Assembly: GCA_963665235.2 (NCBI GenBank)
Contig: CAXXLX010000001.1
Coordinates: forward strand, 2,912,001 to 2,976,000
From: Candidatus Poribacteria bacterium
GTDB lineage: Bacteria > Poribacteria > WGA-4E > WGA-3G
Direction of reading: 5' to 3'
DNA: 64,000 nucleotides
Shown here in pieces: positions 37,266 through 47,483 of the stretch. A model generated the notes under the pieces. The model worked only from the letters and a program-made list of their open reading frames with translations. It was not told the DNA's origin and searched no databases. The position numbers and the translations under genes were made by a program. Each line of letters starts with the position of its first letter. Position 1 is the stretch's first letter.

Positions 37266-37694
37266 ATGTTGAACAAATTTGCTTTCTGCGCTATCGTCCT
37301 TATGGTGTTCGCGGTATTTTTGGGATGCCCCGACTCACAGAAGGAATCCGATGATAAGGCAGCAGAAGTAGAATCTACGGAAAAAGCACCCCAGGCCGTG
37401 GTAAAATCTGCCGAAGACACAGAGGAAAAGGCAGCGGAAGCGGATGGGGCCGAAGCGACTCCTCAGCTCGCTGTTGAAGAAATCAGTTTAACAGTGACCG
37501 GTATGACGTGAGGCAGCTGTACCAGTGCGGTGCAGGATGCACTCAGTAAAGTCCCCGGTGTCTCTGAGGTTGTTAGTGTTTCTATGGCTGATAATAAAGC
37601 TGTGGTGAAAGCTGAAAAGGGTAAGGTTGAAACGTCAGCCTTAATCGCTGCTGTTGAAGCTGACCCACGTTTTAAGGCGACAGTTGCTGAATAA
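37266..37694 (+). CDS. Selenocysteine-containing HMA lipoprotein 2, 142 aa, UGA at 37509-37511
   Basis: Lipobox FLGC. VTGMT-U-GSCTSAVQDALSKVPGV. Identical SECIS-like hairpin at 37530-37542. Confidence 0.9.
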
Positions 37695-37703
37695 AACGCC
37701 TCG

Positions 37704-37760
37704 GAAGGGCGGGCCCCGCTCGCCCTTCACTTCTCAAATCTCTCATCTTTTTTCTTTCAT
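37704..37760 (+). terminator. Putative intrinsic terminator
   Basis: GAAGGGCGGG/CTCGCCCTTC stem followed by pyrimidine and T-rich sequence. Confidence 0.55.
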
Positions 37761-37823
37761 AAACGCTTAAAACCTCATGCATGCCAAGACGTGTGGGGAT
37801 TCTTTTTTTAGAGGAGCATTCCG

Positions 37824-38999
37824 ATGCACAAAATAGAAGCAATCTTTCTAGGATGTACGTTCATCGTTTTGATAGTGCAATGCATCCCAACGTTTGCTGC
37901 AGAAATCCCCCCGGTATTCGAAACAATTGACCCGTATCTAGCCAACCCCGCCGCGGACCACATTTATGAAATTCCGGTCGTTATCATGCGGTTTTTACCC
38001 ACAGCAGATGGCGAAAATTTGGATGTGACCAAAGCACCCGACTTAGGGAAAATTTCTTTGACAGAACTGAAAGCGAGAATCGATACCTTTGATAAACGGG
38101 TTAAGTTTATGCTTGAAGAGGGGAGTCGATTCAGAGGATATAAAAATCCGACAGCACCGCCCTCGATAGGCTATCGGGTTGTTGAATATATTACTGTTTA
38201 TGAGTCGCCCCCGCTCGGCCCGATTATTGGGCACGAAGATGACCTTCCTGTCTATGCCCCCGATTTCCATCAAGTCTTCAAGAGATTCAACATGGAACAT
38301 TATGTTAACGAGCGAGGTGTCAAAGAGATTTGGGTGTGGATGGGGGCACGTGTTGGAACCGGCATTCCGAGGTCTGAAAAACGGTTACACTGGTGGGAAT
38401 CTAACATGTCAAGCCCGTTGACAGGCGACATCTCGAACAGCAATCGGGATAATACGGATTTACCGGTCTACAATTCCACCTATACCGTATATGGACAAAA
38501 TTTCGGACGTTCCCAAGCGGAAGCTGTACATAACCACGGTCATCAGTTGGAGGCGATATTAAGCCATGTGAATCATTTACAATATGGAAATACGGACCTC
38601 TTTTGGAAAAAGTTTGTCGGACAGGACAAGGATGGAAACTTCATCACGGGACGCGCCGGGTGGACCCACATGCCACCGAACACAACTAAGCATTATGACT
38701 ATACGGGAACGAGAACGCCTGTCGAAAGCGATATTGAGGACTGGACACCGGATAACAGCGGTGAAAAGAAATTGATCAACGTCGATACTTACGGTAATCT
38801 ACAATACCGATGGCCAGAGCCGAATCCTACCGAGATTCCGCAACGGGTGGAATGTCAGTGGTATATCTATTGGATGCAGAATATGCCGGGGTATCAGAAC
38901 CGAATTCAATATAATGGAAAAGACATCGCAAATTGGTGGTTGTTTACCGCGGACTGGGATGCAGCCATTGCCAGCGGGGCACGTCTTGTCTCCAAATGA
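37824..38999 (+). CDS. Secreted hypothetical protein, possible Zn metallopeptidase-like
   Basis: Signal peptide, EAVHNHGHQLE and GWTH.PPN. Confidence 0.65.
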   Translation: MHKIEAIFLGCTFIVLIVQCIPTFAAEIPPVFETIDPYLANPAADHIYEIPVVIMRFLPTADGENLDVTKAPDLGKISLTELKARIDTFDKRVKFMLEEGSRFRGYKNPTAPPSIGYRVVEYITVYESPPLGPIIGHEDDLPVYAPDFHQVFKRFNMEHYVNERGVKEIWVWMGARVGTGIPRSEKRLHWWESNMSSPLTGDISNSNRDNTDLPVYNSTYTVYGQNFGRSQAEAVHNHGHQLEAILSHVNHLQYGNTDLFWKKFVGQDKDGNFITGRAGWTHMPPNTTKHYDYTGTRTPVESDIEDWTPDNSGEKKLINVDTYGNLQYRWPEPNPTEIPQRVECQWYIYWMQNMPGYQNRIQYNGKDIANWWLFTADWDAAIASGARLVSK

Positions 39000-39029
39000 A
39001 GATGTAGCTCTTTCATGAAAAGCAGGGTG

Positions 39030-39890
39030 CTACTGCTTTTTCGTAAAGAGTGGGTTGTCAAGCAGCGATTGCACCTCATAGATAGAGCCTTTCTTTTCCG
39101 AGTAAGGTTCCGGCATTCGAACCGGTGTAGGGACGATGCGGGGTTGATTCGTCGGCTCGCCACGGAGGATAAAGTCGTTAAAGGTGTCCCAATCCGGAAT
39201 ACCTTTTAGGGGCCAGGCATCTACGGCACAATATTGGGCGAGCATTAAGCGGCGCGGCGCGGCAGAGGTGTTTGGCGCGGAGCCGTGCAACGCTCTGACG
39301 TGATGAATTGAAATACCCCCCGCTTTTAGTTCAAGCGGCACAGCCCCATCAGGCGTGAAATCGGAGTCGGTCACCGCCCCAACGAATGCCCCATTTTGGT
39401 GATGATCTAAGGTTGGACCTTTGTGGGACCCGGGGAGTATCATCAGGGCACCGTTTTCGACTGTCATATCGTCGATGACAACACCGACTGCAAGCAAATC
39501 ATCGTTGGTGTGTGGATAAAACGCCCAATCCTGATGCCATTCTACAGGGCTGCCAAATTCCGGATATTTCATATTCAGTTTATGTCCATTATATCGAATT
39601 CCTGCTCCGATGAGTTCTGCGACGATGTCCAGGACTTTAGGGTGCCGCAAGGTTTGGTCATAGACAGTGTGATATAGGCACGGGTTTTTGATACGACGTA
39701 CGCGCGGCGTGGCAGGAGTATGCCCTGGCTCTAAATCGAAAATATCGGTATGTTCCGTGACCTCTCTAGATTTCTCAACAAATTCAGCGGTAACCTGTCG
39801 AAGTGCTGCTATCTCCTCTTCGGTGAGTACTGCCTCAACACCGAGGTAGCCGTTTTCGTCGTAAAAATTTCGTTGTTCTTGTGTGAGCAT
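39030..39890 (-). CDS. PhyH family dioxygenase
   Basis: EWHQD, ENGALMILPGSH and LHGSAPN. GGAGG lies before ATG 39890. Confidence 0.88.
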   Translation of the reverse strand: MLTQEQRNFYDENGYLGVEAVLTEEEIAALRQVTAEFVEKSREVTEHTDIFDLEPGHTPATPRVRRIKNPCLYHTVYDQTLRHPKVLDIVAELIGAGIRYNGHKLNMKYPEFGSPVEWHQDWAFYPHTNDDLLAVGVVIDDMTVENGALMILPGSHKGPTLDHHQNGAFVGAVTDSDFTPDGAVPLELKAGGISIHHVRALHGSAPNTSAAPRRLMLAQYCAVDAWPLKGIPDWDTFNDFILRGEPTNQPRIVPTPVRMPEPYSEKKGSIYEVQSLLDNPLFTKKQ

Positions 39891-40046
39891 TGTGTAATGC
39901 CTCCTAATATAACTCAAGTTGCTACTTAGCTGTCCTTGTCCGTTGGGTTGAATGAAGTCCAAATCCGATTTCTTTCTCTTGCTGTCTGCTAATTGCTAAT
40001 TGCTAATCTTAGTATACATCAATACGTGAGATTCTGTCAATATTTT

Positions 40047-41147
40047 TTATGAGTGATTAAGTAGATGCTTATAAACATCTTGAATCTTTTGGATATGTGT
40101 TTCAATGCCGAATGCCGCCTCCGCCCGTCTTCGCCCCGCGGTGCCCATTTGGATGCACAGCTCAGGGGCCGTGGCGAGTTCTATAATTTGGTGTGCGATT
40201 ACCGCGGGGGGGTCTAACGGCATAATGTATCCTGTTACACCGTGAACAATCATTTCAGCAGTACTGCCGATAGAGGTCCCGATGACCGGCTTTCCAGATG
40301 CCATTGCTTCTGCGATAACACTCCCCGCTGAAAGTGTGATGAGGAGGTCAAGTTCTTGCATTGCTTCGGGCATATCTGTGCGGTGCCCTGATAAGCAAAT
40401 TACTTCGTCCAATTGACGTTCAGCTATCAATTGACGTACTTCGCGCAGGTACACACGGTGTTCGCGAGTATCTAATGCAGCACCGATAATATAAAAACGG
40501 ACATTTTGGTGGCGTGCGACGACCTCGGCGGCTATCTCAATAAACGTTTTTTGCTGTTTAAAGGGTTCAATCCTGCCGACTATCCCGACGCTAAACGCCT
40601 CTCCCTTCTTACTCTCTCTTACGGGAGCAGGACAAAAAACGGAGAGGTCAACGCAATTTAAAATAACATCAATCTTTTCTGAACAGATACCCGCTTGAAC
40701 CAGTGGAAGCTTGCTCTGCTCGGAGATAGCGATGATATGCGTCATTTCAGCGAACTGATACTTTTGCACCTGCTCGGGGGTGAGGACATTCCGCACATGC
40801 GAAACGGTAGGAATGCTTAGCTGTTTTCCGGTATACCAAACATAAGGGTTAAGCCACGAATCGGAAGTATGTATCAATTGCGTATTGTGCCGTTTTGCGA
40901 TTGCCGTTAGCTTTCTTGCGGCACTGTGTCGTGTGAGGCGCGATGTCGCCTTACGCCACGGCGGAAGATTGAGTATAACCGTAGGAACACTCGCTGCCCG
41001 TAAGTGGTCAGCGAAGATGCCATCGTCTGGACAGACAACTATCGGTTGATAACGGTTTCTATCTAAGTGTGAGACAAGATATAGGAGCTGTTTTTCACCC
41101 CCGCCGATGTTTGAACCGCAATGGCTGAGATAGAGTATAGGAATCAT
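40047..41147 (-). CDS. Glycosyltransferase family 4
   Basis: GGGEKQ, VGRIEPFK and EAMASGKPVI. Confidence 0.88.
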   Translation of the reverse strand: MIPILYLSHCGSNIGGGEKQLLYLVSHLDRNRYQPIVVCPDDGIFADHLRAASVPTVILNLPPWRKATSRLTRHSAARKLTAIAKRHNTQLIHTSDSWLNPYVWYTGKQLSIPTVSHVRNVLTPEQVQKYQFAEMTHIIAISEQSKLPLVQAGICSEKIDVILNCVDLSVFCPAPVRESKKGEAFSVGIVGRIEPFKQQKTFIEIAAEVVARHQNVRFYIIGAALDTREHRVYLREVRQLIAERQLDEVICLSGHRTDMPEAMQELDLLITLSAGSVIAEAMASGKPVIGTSIGSTAEMIVHGVTGYIMPLDPPAVIAHQIIELATAPELCIQMGTAGRRRAEAAFGIETHIQKIQDVYKHLLNHS

Positions 41148-41179
41148 CGCTTCGACTCTAAAATACGCGGCTATAGACG

Positions 41180-42175
41180 TTACACCGGAAAATCGAGATG
41201 CTGTTCTCGGAAAACTTGACTGACAGATCTGTGCTGGTGGACCCTCAGAATAGCAGCAGCGAGAAGCGGTGCAATAGAAAGCACTTTGATTTTTCCATCA
41301 AGTCGCTTTTCGTCTGGAATAGGGATTGTATCGGTGGTAACCACTTCGCGAATTGAAGGGTGTTTCAGTCGCTCCAGTGCGGGCCCAACAAGTACAGCAT
41401 GCGCGATGCTCACATAAGCAGGCTTCGCGCCAGCTGCTGCCAGAGCTTGCGCTTGTTCGTAAATGCTCCCACCTGTTGCTATTTCATCATCGATAATGAT
41501 CGGGGTTTTTCCTTTTACCTCGCCGACGAGTTCAACGAATTCGACATCCTGTCCATCGTCCCCCTTCCTACGCTTGTGCATGATAGCTAACGGGAGGCGA
41601 AGGATTTTTGCGTATTTTTCTGCAAGCTTTGCACGGCCGACATCAGGGGCAACAATCACGCCGTTCTCTATCTGTTTTTCTTCAAAATAGCCTGCCAAAG
41701 TTGTTAAGGCGGTGAGGTGGTCCATAGGAATATCAAAGAATCCTTGGATTTGTGGTACGTGCAAGTCAATAGCCATAACTCGGCTTGCGCCGGCAGTCGT
41801 CAGGAGATTGGCTACAAGTTTCGCGCTAATCGGTTCTCTGCCTGTTGTTTTGTGGTCTTGTCGGGCGTACCCGAAGTATGGGATAATTGCAGTAATCTGT
41901 CGCGCGGATGCCCGTTTCATGGCATCAATCGTAATCAGCAATTCCATCAAGTTTTCGTTAGCCGGTTCACACGTCGGTTGAATGTGATAGATGTCAGTGC
42001 CGCGGATACTTTCCTCTATCTGTACACGTGTTTCACTGTTCGGAAATGGGCCGATTGAAATCTTTCCGAGTTCAACGCCTAAAATCGCGGCAATTTCTTC
42101 TGCCAAAGCCGCGTTTGCGCGTCCGGCAAATAGTCTGAAATCGGCGCGAACTTGCTGGTCTATCAATGTGGACAT
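41180..42175 (-). CDS. prs: Ribose-phosphate pyrophosphokinase
   Basis: PYFGYARQD, DLHVPQIQGFFDIP and IIDDEIATGGS. Confidence 0.95.
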   Translation of the reverse strand: MSTLIDQQVRADFRLFAGRANAALAEEIAAILGVELGKISIGPFPNSETRVQIEESIRGTDIYHIQPTCEPANENLMELLITIDAMKRASARQITAIIPYFGYARQDHKTTGREPISAKLVANLLTTAGASRVMAIDLHVPQIQGFFDIPMDHLTALTTLAGYFEEKQIENGVIVAPDVGRAKLAEKYAKILRLPLAIMHKRRKGDDGQDVEFVELVGEVKGKTPIIIDDEIATGGSIYEQAQALAAAGAKPAYVSIAHAVLVGPALERLKHPSIREVVTTDTIPIPDEKRLDGKIKVLSIAPLLAAAILRVHQHRSVSQVFREQHLDFPV

Positions 42176-42220
42176 GCCAAAATCTCCTTCGGGGTTGAAA
42201 CCCCTGCTTTAAGAGTAAAA

Positions 42221-43840
42221 TCAGATTAGCGATTCACCTGTCATCTCAGCCGGTTGTTCTAGGCCGAGAAGGCGGAGTGCCGTAGGTGCAATATCCGCGA
42301 GCCTCCCGCCAGTCCGGAGGGGGTGCCCCGTGAAACGTTCATCTACAAGTATGAGGTCAACGTCGTAAGTGGTGTGAGCAGTGTGAATACCCCCGGTTGT
42401 TGGCTCAATCATCTGTTCACAATTACCGTGGTCGGCGGTGACGATGAGGCTTCCCCCCTTTTTCAGTGCTGCGTTAACAATTTTTCCGACTCCCGTGTCA
42501 ACGGCTTCAACTGCCTTGATAGCAGCAGGAAGTGAACCTGTATGTCCGACCATATCTCCGTTGGCGTAGTTGAGTATCATTAAATCATATTTGTCAGACG
42601 CGATTCTGCGTAGCATCTCCGCTGTTACCGCCGGGGCTGACATCTCAGGCTTCTGGTCATAGGTAGTGACATCACGCGGGGAGGCGATAATTTGACGCTC
42701 TTCCCCAATGTAGGGTTCATCTCGATAATCGTTGAAAAAGAAGGTAACGTGCGGAAATTTTTCTGTTTCTGCACACCGAAATTGCGTTAATCCTACCTCA
42801 CTAAGATAAGCCCCGAGCGTATTGCGCATTTTCGGGGGTTTTGTGATGGCTGCTTCAACAGGCATTCCTTGCTCATACTCAGTCATCGTTACAAATTTAA
42901 CGCTTAATTTTCGATTCCGTTTAAAACCCATTTCTCGCGTGATACCGTCTTTTCCTTCCCCTTCAAACGGAAATGTATCCAGACAGAAAGCTTTGGCGAG
43001 CTCCCGCGGCCGGTCCCCTCGGAAGTTATAGAAAATAACAGCATCTCCATCAGCAATCCGGGGGAGCGGTTCACCGCTGCTGTCAACAACCACGGTCGGC
43101 CTAATAAACTCATCGCCTTTGCGGTTCGTGTCGTCCGGATGTTTGTAGTAATCACGGTAAGCATCTGTGGCAGCGGTTACACGTTCACCAACCCCCTCGG
43201 TCAGGAGACGATACGCTAGCTCAACCCGTTCCCATCGGTCGTCTCTATCCATGGCGTAGTAGCGTCCGACCACCGAGGCTATCTGTCCAATGGCAAGTGC
43301 TTTGGACTTTGCCTCAATCTGTTCGCAGAACTGAATGCCGAGGTCAGGCTGACAATCACGGCCATCGCTGAAATTATGAATTAAGACCTGATTCGCTTTC
43401 AACCCGTTCGCCTTGGCAAGTGCAAGGAGCCCATAGAGGTGTTCAAGTGAACTGTGAACACCTGCATCGCTTGCCAATCCCATAAGGTGTAAATTCGTGT
43501 TGCTGTTTTTAACATGGGCGATTGCGGCTAAAAGCACTCTGTTCTGGGCGAACTCACCGGAGCGAATCATCGTGCTGATACGCAGGAGCTCCTGATTGAC
43601 AATCCGTCCAGCCCCAATGTTCTGATGCCCGACTTCACTGTTCCCGATGACACCCGCCGGTAAACCGACATCCTCACCGGAGGTATGAATAAGCACGTGT
43701 GGATAGTTCTGCCGTAACCAATCATCTGTGGGGGTTTTCGCGAGATGAATGGCGTTTGCTCTATTCCATTCGGGGTGCGGGTTATGTCCCCATCCGTCTC
43801 GAATGATGAGCACAATAGGACGTTTTTGTAATTTTGTCAC
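42221..43840 (-). CDS. gpmI: 2,3-bisphosphoglycerate-independent phosphoglycerate mutase
   Basis: DGWG, GNSEVGH, GRYYAMDRD, AETEK.PHVT and TADHGNCE. Confidence 0.95.
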   Translation of the reverse strand: MTKLQKRPIVLIIRDGWGHNPHPEWNRANAIHLAKTPTDDWLRQNYPHVLIHTSGEDVGLPAGVIGNSEVGHQNIGAGRIVNQELLRISTMIRSGEFAQNRVLLAAIAHVKNSNTNLHLMGLASDAGVHSSLEHLYGLLALAKANGLKANQVLIHNFSDGRDCQPDLGIQFCEQIEAKSKALAIGQIASVVGRYYAMDRDDRWERVELAYRLLTEGVGERVTAATDAYRDYYKHPDDTNRKGDEFIRPTVVVDSSGEPLPRIADGDAVIFYNFRGDRPRELAKAFCLDTFPFEGEGKDGITREMGFKRNRKLSVKFVTMTEYEQGMPVEAAITKPPKMRNTLGAYLSEVGLTQFRCAETEKFPHVTFFFNDYRDEPYIGEERQIIASPRDVTTYDQKPEMSAPAVTAEMLRRIASDKYDLMILNYANGDMVGHTGSLPAAIKAVEAVDTGVGKIVNAALKKGGSLIVTADHGNCEQMIEPTTGGIHTAHTTYDVDLILVDERFTGHPLRTGGRLADIAPTALRLLGLEQPAEMTGESLI

Positions 43841-43904
43841 ACAAATTCCTTTCTATCTGGTCCAAAAGACCGTGAAATCTTGTTTGAAACCTGCTATAAT
43901 ATTT

Positions 43905-44489
43905 TTATTCGGATTGCTCGAGTATGGCGCGTCTGTAGATGACATGCAAGGGCACCGCACAGTCAATTGAACTCAGCGGCAGCAGAGCATCAAGGCTCTG
44001 AAACGTGTCTTGATTCCACTGTGTTCCTTGGCGGTGATAACGTTCGATATGAATCGTGGCTTGTGAGATAAGGATGTATTCTTGCAAGGAGATAAGTCCC
44101 TGATACCGTTCGAATTTCTCACCTTGGTCATACACCGCTGTGGAGGGTGACAGCACTTCCATAATAACAATCGGGTTGAGGAGCGTGTCAAAGGTATCAT
44201 CCTCAAAACGCGGTTCATCGCGGACGACAAGGACATCCGGATAAAAGTAGGCGGATTTTGCTGGACCCGGTCGCACGCGCATATCACCGACAAAAACTTC
44301 ACATTCGCGCGCCATCAGTTGGCTGTTAAGGTCCGTTGCTGTGTCCACTGTAATCCGATTATGTGCGCGGCTTGCTCCAGACATTGCGATAATTTTCCCA
44401 TCAAGATATTCGTTTTTGAACGGTGCTTTGCGTTCCCAAGCGATGTATTCATCGGGAGTCAGATAGGTTTGTGCTGCAAGAGATGCCAT
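43905..44489 (-). CDS. Uma2 (DUF820) family endonuclease
   Basis: EYLDGKIIAMSG, YPDV, EVLSPST and EYILISQ. Confidence 0.88.
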   Translation of the reverse strand: MASLAAQTYLTPDEYIAWERKAPFKNEYLDGKIIAMSGASRAHNRITVDTATDLNSQLMARECEVFVGDMRVRPGPAKSAYFYPDVLVVRDEPRFEDDTFDTLLNPIVIMEVLSPSTAVYDQGEKFERYQGLISLQEYILISQATIHIERYHRQGTQWNQDTFQSLDALLPLSSIDCAVPLHVIYRRAILEQSE

Positions 44490-44558
44490 AAATACCTCCA
44501 CAATTTGTGGGACGTTTTTTGTAACATGATTTTAACAAATTTCTAAGGAAAAATCAAG

Positions 44559-45794
44559 ATGTCATTTAAGTCTATCTTCATTTCGGTTTTTTTGGGCACC
44601 GTTCTGATTATCATTGCACTGATTTTCAATGCGAAACGCCCCGAGACAGACACGAACCAGCCGAGCCCTGATTTCATACGCGCGACTGGTAAGTGTGCTG
44701 CGTGCCACCGCCGTGAAACTGCCGCGGTTGTTCACCAATTCGAACGTAGTGAGCATGCGAAACAAGGCGTGACATGCCTAGATTGTCATAACGGTGTGGC
44801 GGGACAAGAGACACAAGCGCACCGAGGGTTCACGATTGCGAAACACCTCACTGCAAAGAATTGTAGTCAATGCCATTCAACGGAGTATACGCAATTCCTG
44901 CGGAGCCGGCATGCAGCCCCTGCCTGGGCAGCGGTGTCCGGGGCGAGAGATTTTACTACGGAACAGATTGCTTTCGCCGAAAAATATCACAAAGGGGCGG
45001 TGAATCGGCCTGCTAACGCATTAGCAATTGCAGAAGGTCAAAGTGCTATTAACGTCGGATGTTTGGGATGCCACGATATAGGCAAACCGAATGCTGATGG
45101 CTCCATCGGGACCTGTACAGCCTGTCATGCACGCCATTCTTCCTCTATTGCTTTGGCGCGCGAACCGCAGACCTGCGGACAATGCCACATGGGGCCCGAC
45201 CATTCGCAAATTGAAATTTATCATGAATCTAAGCACGGTGTCTTATACAATGCACAAAAGGCGGATATGAATCTCAACGCGCGCCCTAAGGAGTTGACTA
45301 CGGCGGATATGTTCATCCCAACTTGTGCAACCTGCCATCTCAGCGGGCTGGATGGTTTGAATGTGACCCATGATACAACCGAGCGGCTTTCGTATTGGTT
45401 ATTTGCGGCGGTCTCTGATAAACGTCCCACTTATCAGCAAGGCCAGGACGCAATGCAAGAAACATGTCTGAAATGTCACGCGCGCTCGCAGGTAAAACGG
45501 TACTATGAAGAAGCGGAGGACGTTGTCACTGACACGAATCTGAAAATTACCGAGGCTCAGGAATTAATGAAATCCCTTCGTGAAGCGGGTTTACTGACCA
45601 AAACGCCTTTTGATGAACCGATAGAATTCCTCTACTTTGACTTATGGCATTACTACGGGAGGACTGCGAAGCATGGGGCTTTTATGGGCGGTGCTGACTT
45701 CGTTCAGTGGCACGGAAATTATGAACTTTTGTTAAAGATGACGGAGCTGAAAAAAATTGCTGAAGAACTTAGGAGAAACCGTGAAAATCCGTGA
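44559..45794 (+). CDS. Octaheme cytochrome c, hydroxylamine oxidoreductase-like
   Basis: Eight CxxCH motifs, CGQCHMGPDH..E.Y..SKHG, GAFMGGADFVQWHG and an N-terminal TM anchor. Confidence 0.85.
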   Translation: MSFKSIFISVFLGTVLIIIALIFNAKRPETDTNQPSPDFIRATGKCAACHRRETAAVVHQFERSEHAKQGVTCLDCHNGVAGQETQAHRGFTIAKHLTAKNCSQCHSTEYTQFLRSRHAAPAWAAVSGARDFTTEQIAFAEKYHKGAVNRPANALAIAEGQSAINVGCLGCHDIGKPNADGSIGTCTACHARHSSSIALAREPQTCGQCHMGPDHSQIEIYHESKHGVLYNAQKADMNLNARPKELTTADMFIPTCATCHLSGLDGLNVTHDTTERLSYWLFAAVSDKRPTYQQGQDAMQETCLKCHARSQVKRYYEEAEDVVTDTNLKITEAQELMKSLREAGLLTKTPFDEPIEFLYFDLWHYYGRTAKHGAFMGGADFVQWHGNYELLLKMTELKKIAEELRRNRENP

Positions 45795-46572
45795 CGGGTT
45801 AGCCGCTAAATTGCTTGACGTTTTCATTGTGGCGAACCTTGCATTTTTAGCACTTGACGTGTTTATGGCACACGCGGCTAATGCCTTTGCGCATTGGGCG
45901 GAATGGATACCCTTTTATTTTTCGTTGGGAGCTCCGGGGCTGCTCGCGCTAACTCTGTTTACGAAAAAAAAGCGGTGGAAGCACTGGTGCCGGGTTGGCA
46001 TCGGATACGGGGCTATCAGCATTGGCGTTGCTGGCATGTTATTTCACCTTAACAGCCACTTTTTCTCCCATTTGACCTTGAAAAACCTTGTTTACGCTGC
46101 TCCTTTTGTGGCACCACTCGCTTTTACTGGGTTGGGGTTCTTGCTAATTATGAACGGTATGATTCGCGATGCGGATTTGGAGTGGGCACAATGGGTTGTG
46201 TTTATCGCCGGATGCGGATGGGGTGGCAATTTTATCCTTTCCATTCTTGACCACGCGCAAAACGGTTTTTTCAACCCAACCGAATGGCTACCGGTATTTA
46301 CGAGTGCTATGGCTGTTGGATGTTTGGCGACGGTTTTCCTTATACCCTATCAACCGCTCTTTCTCAAATTCTGCATAGTGGTATTAGGTGTTAACCTTAT
46401 CGTCGGCGTTGCGGGTTTCGGTTTCCATTTTGCGGCAAATTTGCAGGTGCCGGCGGTAGGACAAACAGCGAGATTCCTCTATGGTGCCCCTCTGTTTGCC
46501 CCGTTGCTGTTTCCAAATCTATCGGTATTGGCGATATTAGGCATCTACAAATTGCAAGCGGAAGCTGTGTAA
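45781..46572 (+). CDS. Integral membrane protein with internal duplication, coupled to the cytochrome
   Basis: Two repeats of H..N.F....EW.P and G..FH....Y.AP..APL. It overlaps the upstream stop. Confidence 0.7.
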   Translation: MKIRDGLAAKLLDVFIVANLAFLALDVFMAHAANAFAHWAEWIPFYFSLGAPGLLALTLFTKKKRWKHWCRVGIGYGAISIGVAGMLFHLNSHFFSHLTLKNLVYAAPFVAPLAFTGLGFLLIMNGMIRDADLEWAQWVVFIAGCGWGGNFILSILDHAQNGFFNPTEWLPVFTSAMAVGCLATVFLIPYQPLFLKFCIVVLGVNLIVGVAGFGFHFAANLQVPAVGQTARFLYGAPLFAPLLFPNLSVLAILGIYKLQAEAV

Positions 46573-46575
46573 CAG

Positions 46576-47325
46576 TCATTCTGCTGCCGCCTTAAGTTTT
46601 CCCCACGTTGTAGCGAGTTTTCCGCGTGCTTCTACGTTCTGGGGTGTCCCCATGACTTTTCGGATGTCCGCTCCGCTCAAGGTTTTTTCATAGAGCCGGA
46701 CCTCATCAATTTTACCGGGAAAAAAGTCGGTGGGGCGTCCGAAATCATCGCCCCCAATCCATAAATCTAAGTCGGAGGGGGTAATAGGAACGTTGTTTGG
46801 GGTTTCCCCCTCTAATTTGCCGTTTACGTAGACCTTCATCGTCTTTCCGTCGAATGTTCCGGCAAAATGATACCACTGCCCGATTTTCCAATTGGTTGTT
46901 GTAGATTCTGCAAAGGTATTGTCTGGTTTGACGAGAAAATCGATGCTGTTTGTGTCGCCGAAGTCAAAAATGATGAAGATGGAGTTATTCTTAACCATCA
47001 GACGACGGCTGGTTAGGGCATCATTTGGACTGAACCATGCCATCAGCGTGATATTTTCTTGTATGTCTAATGCGTCATTATCTTTAACAACGACATGGTC
47101 GGCTACACCATCAAATTCTAGGGCTGTGCCGAACTTACCATCAACCCATTTAGGGGCTCCAGCAAACTTTCCGTCATGTCCGTTGCCAGTGACATCTGCT
47201 GCTGTTTTTCCGTTGCCCTCGTCAAAGGCCCAGTAAGCGACGAGCCCATCCTCAGCAGGATTCGCGATGCTGATGTTGGTAATCAGGAAGAGTGTACATA
47301 ATGACACTAAGGTGACTTTGAGCAT
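46576..47325 (-). CDS. LamG/concanavalin-like domain secreted protein with C-terminal KLATTWGKLK motif
   Basis: LVAYWAFDEG, WYHFAGTFDG and IDEVRLY. Confidence 0.88.
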   Translation of the reverse strand: MLKVTLVSLCTLFLITNISIANPAEDGLVAYWAFDEGNGKTAADVTGNGHDGKFAGAPKWVDGKFGTALEFDGVADHVVVKDNDALDIQENITLMAWFSPNDALTSRRLMVKNNSIFIIFDFGDTNSIDFLVKPDNTFAESTTTNWKIGQWYHFAGTFDGKTMKVYVNGKLEGETPNNVPITPSDLDLWIGGDDFGRPTDFFPGKIDEVRLYEKTLSGADIRKVMGTPQNVEARGKLATTWGKLKAAAE

Positions 47326-47483
47326 TGTAAATTCTCCTTTGTAAAAGCAAAATGTTGGATTTGTCTCTTGGGATACTATTATATTATACCATAAGTCCTA
47401 ACCTTGCGAAAATCCAATATTTCTGATAAAATAGATGGCAAATTGAGACCTGGGCAGGTTAATTCTATAGGCGGTATTTCACA

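Noticed and set aside
29444-37511. Alternative genetic code (UGA as Trp or Gly) or pseudogenes as the explanation for the in-frame TGAs
   Set aside because: Many normal genes in the window end in TGA. All three internal TGAs fall exactly at Cys positions of CxxC motifs and have downstream hairpins.
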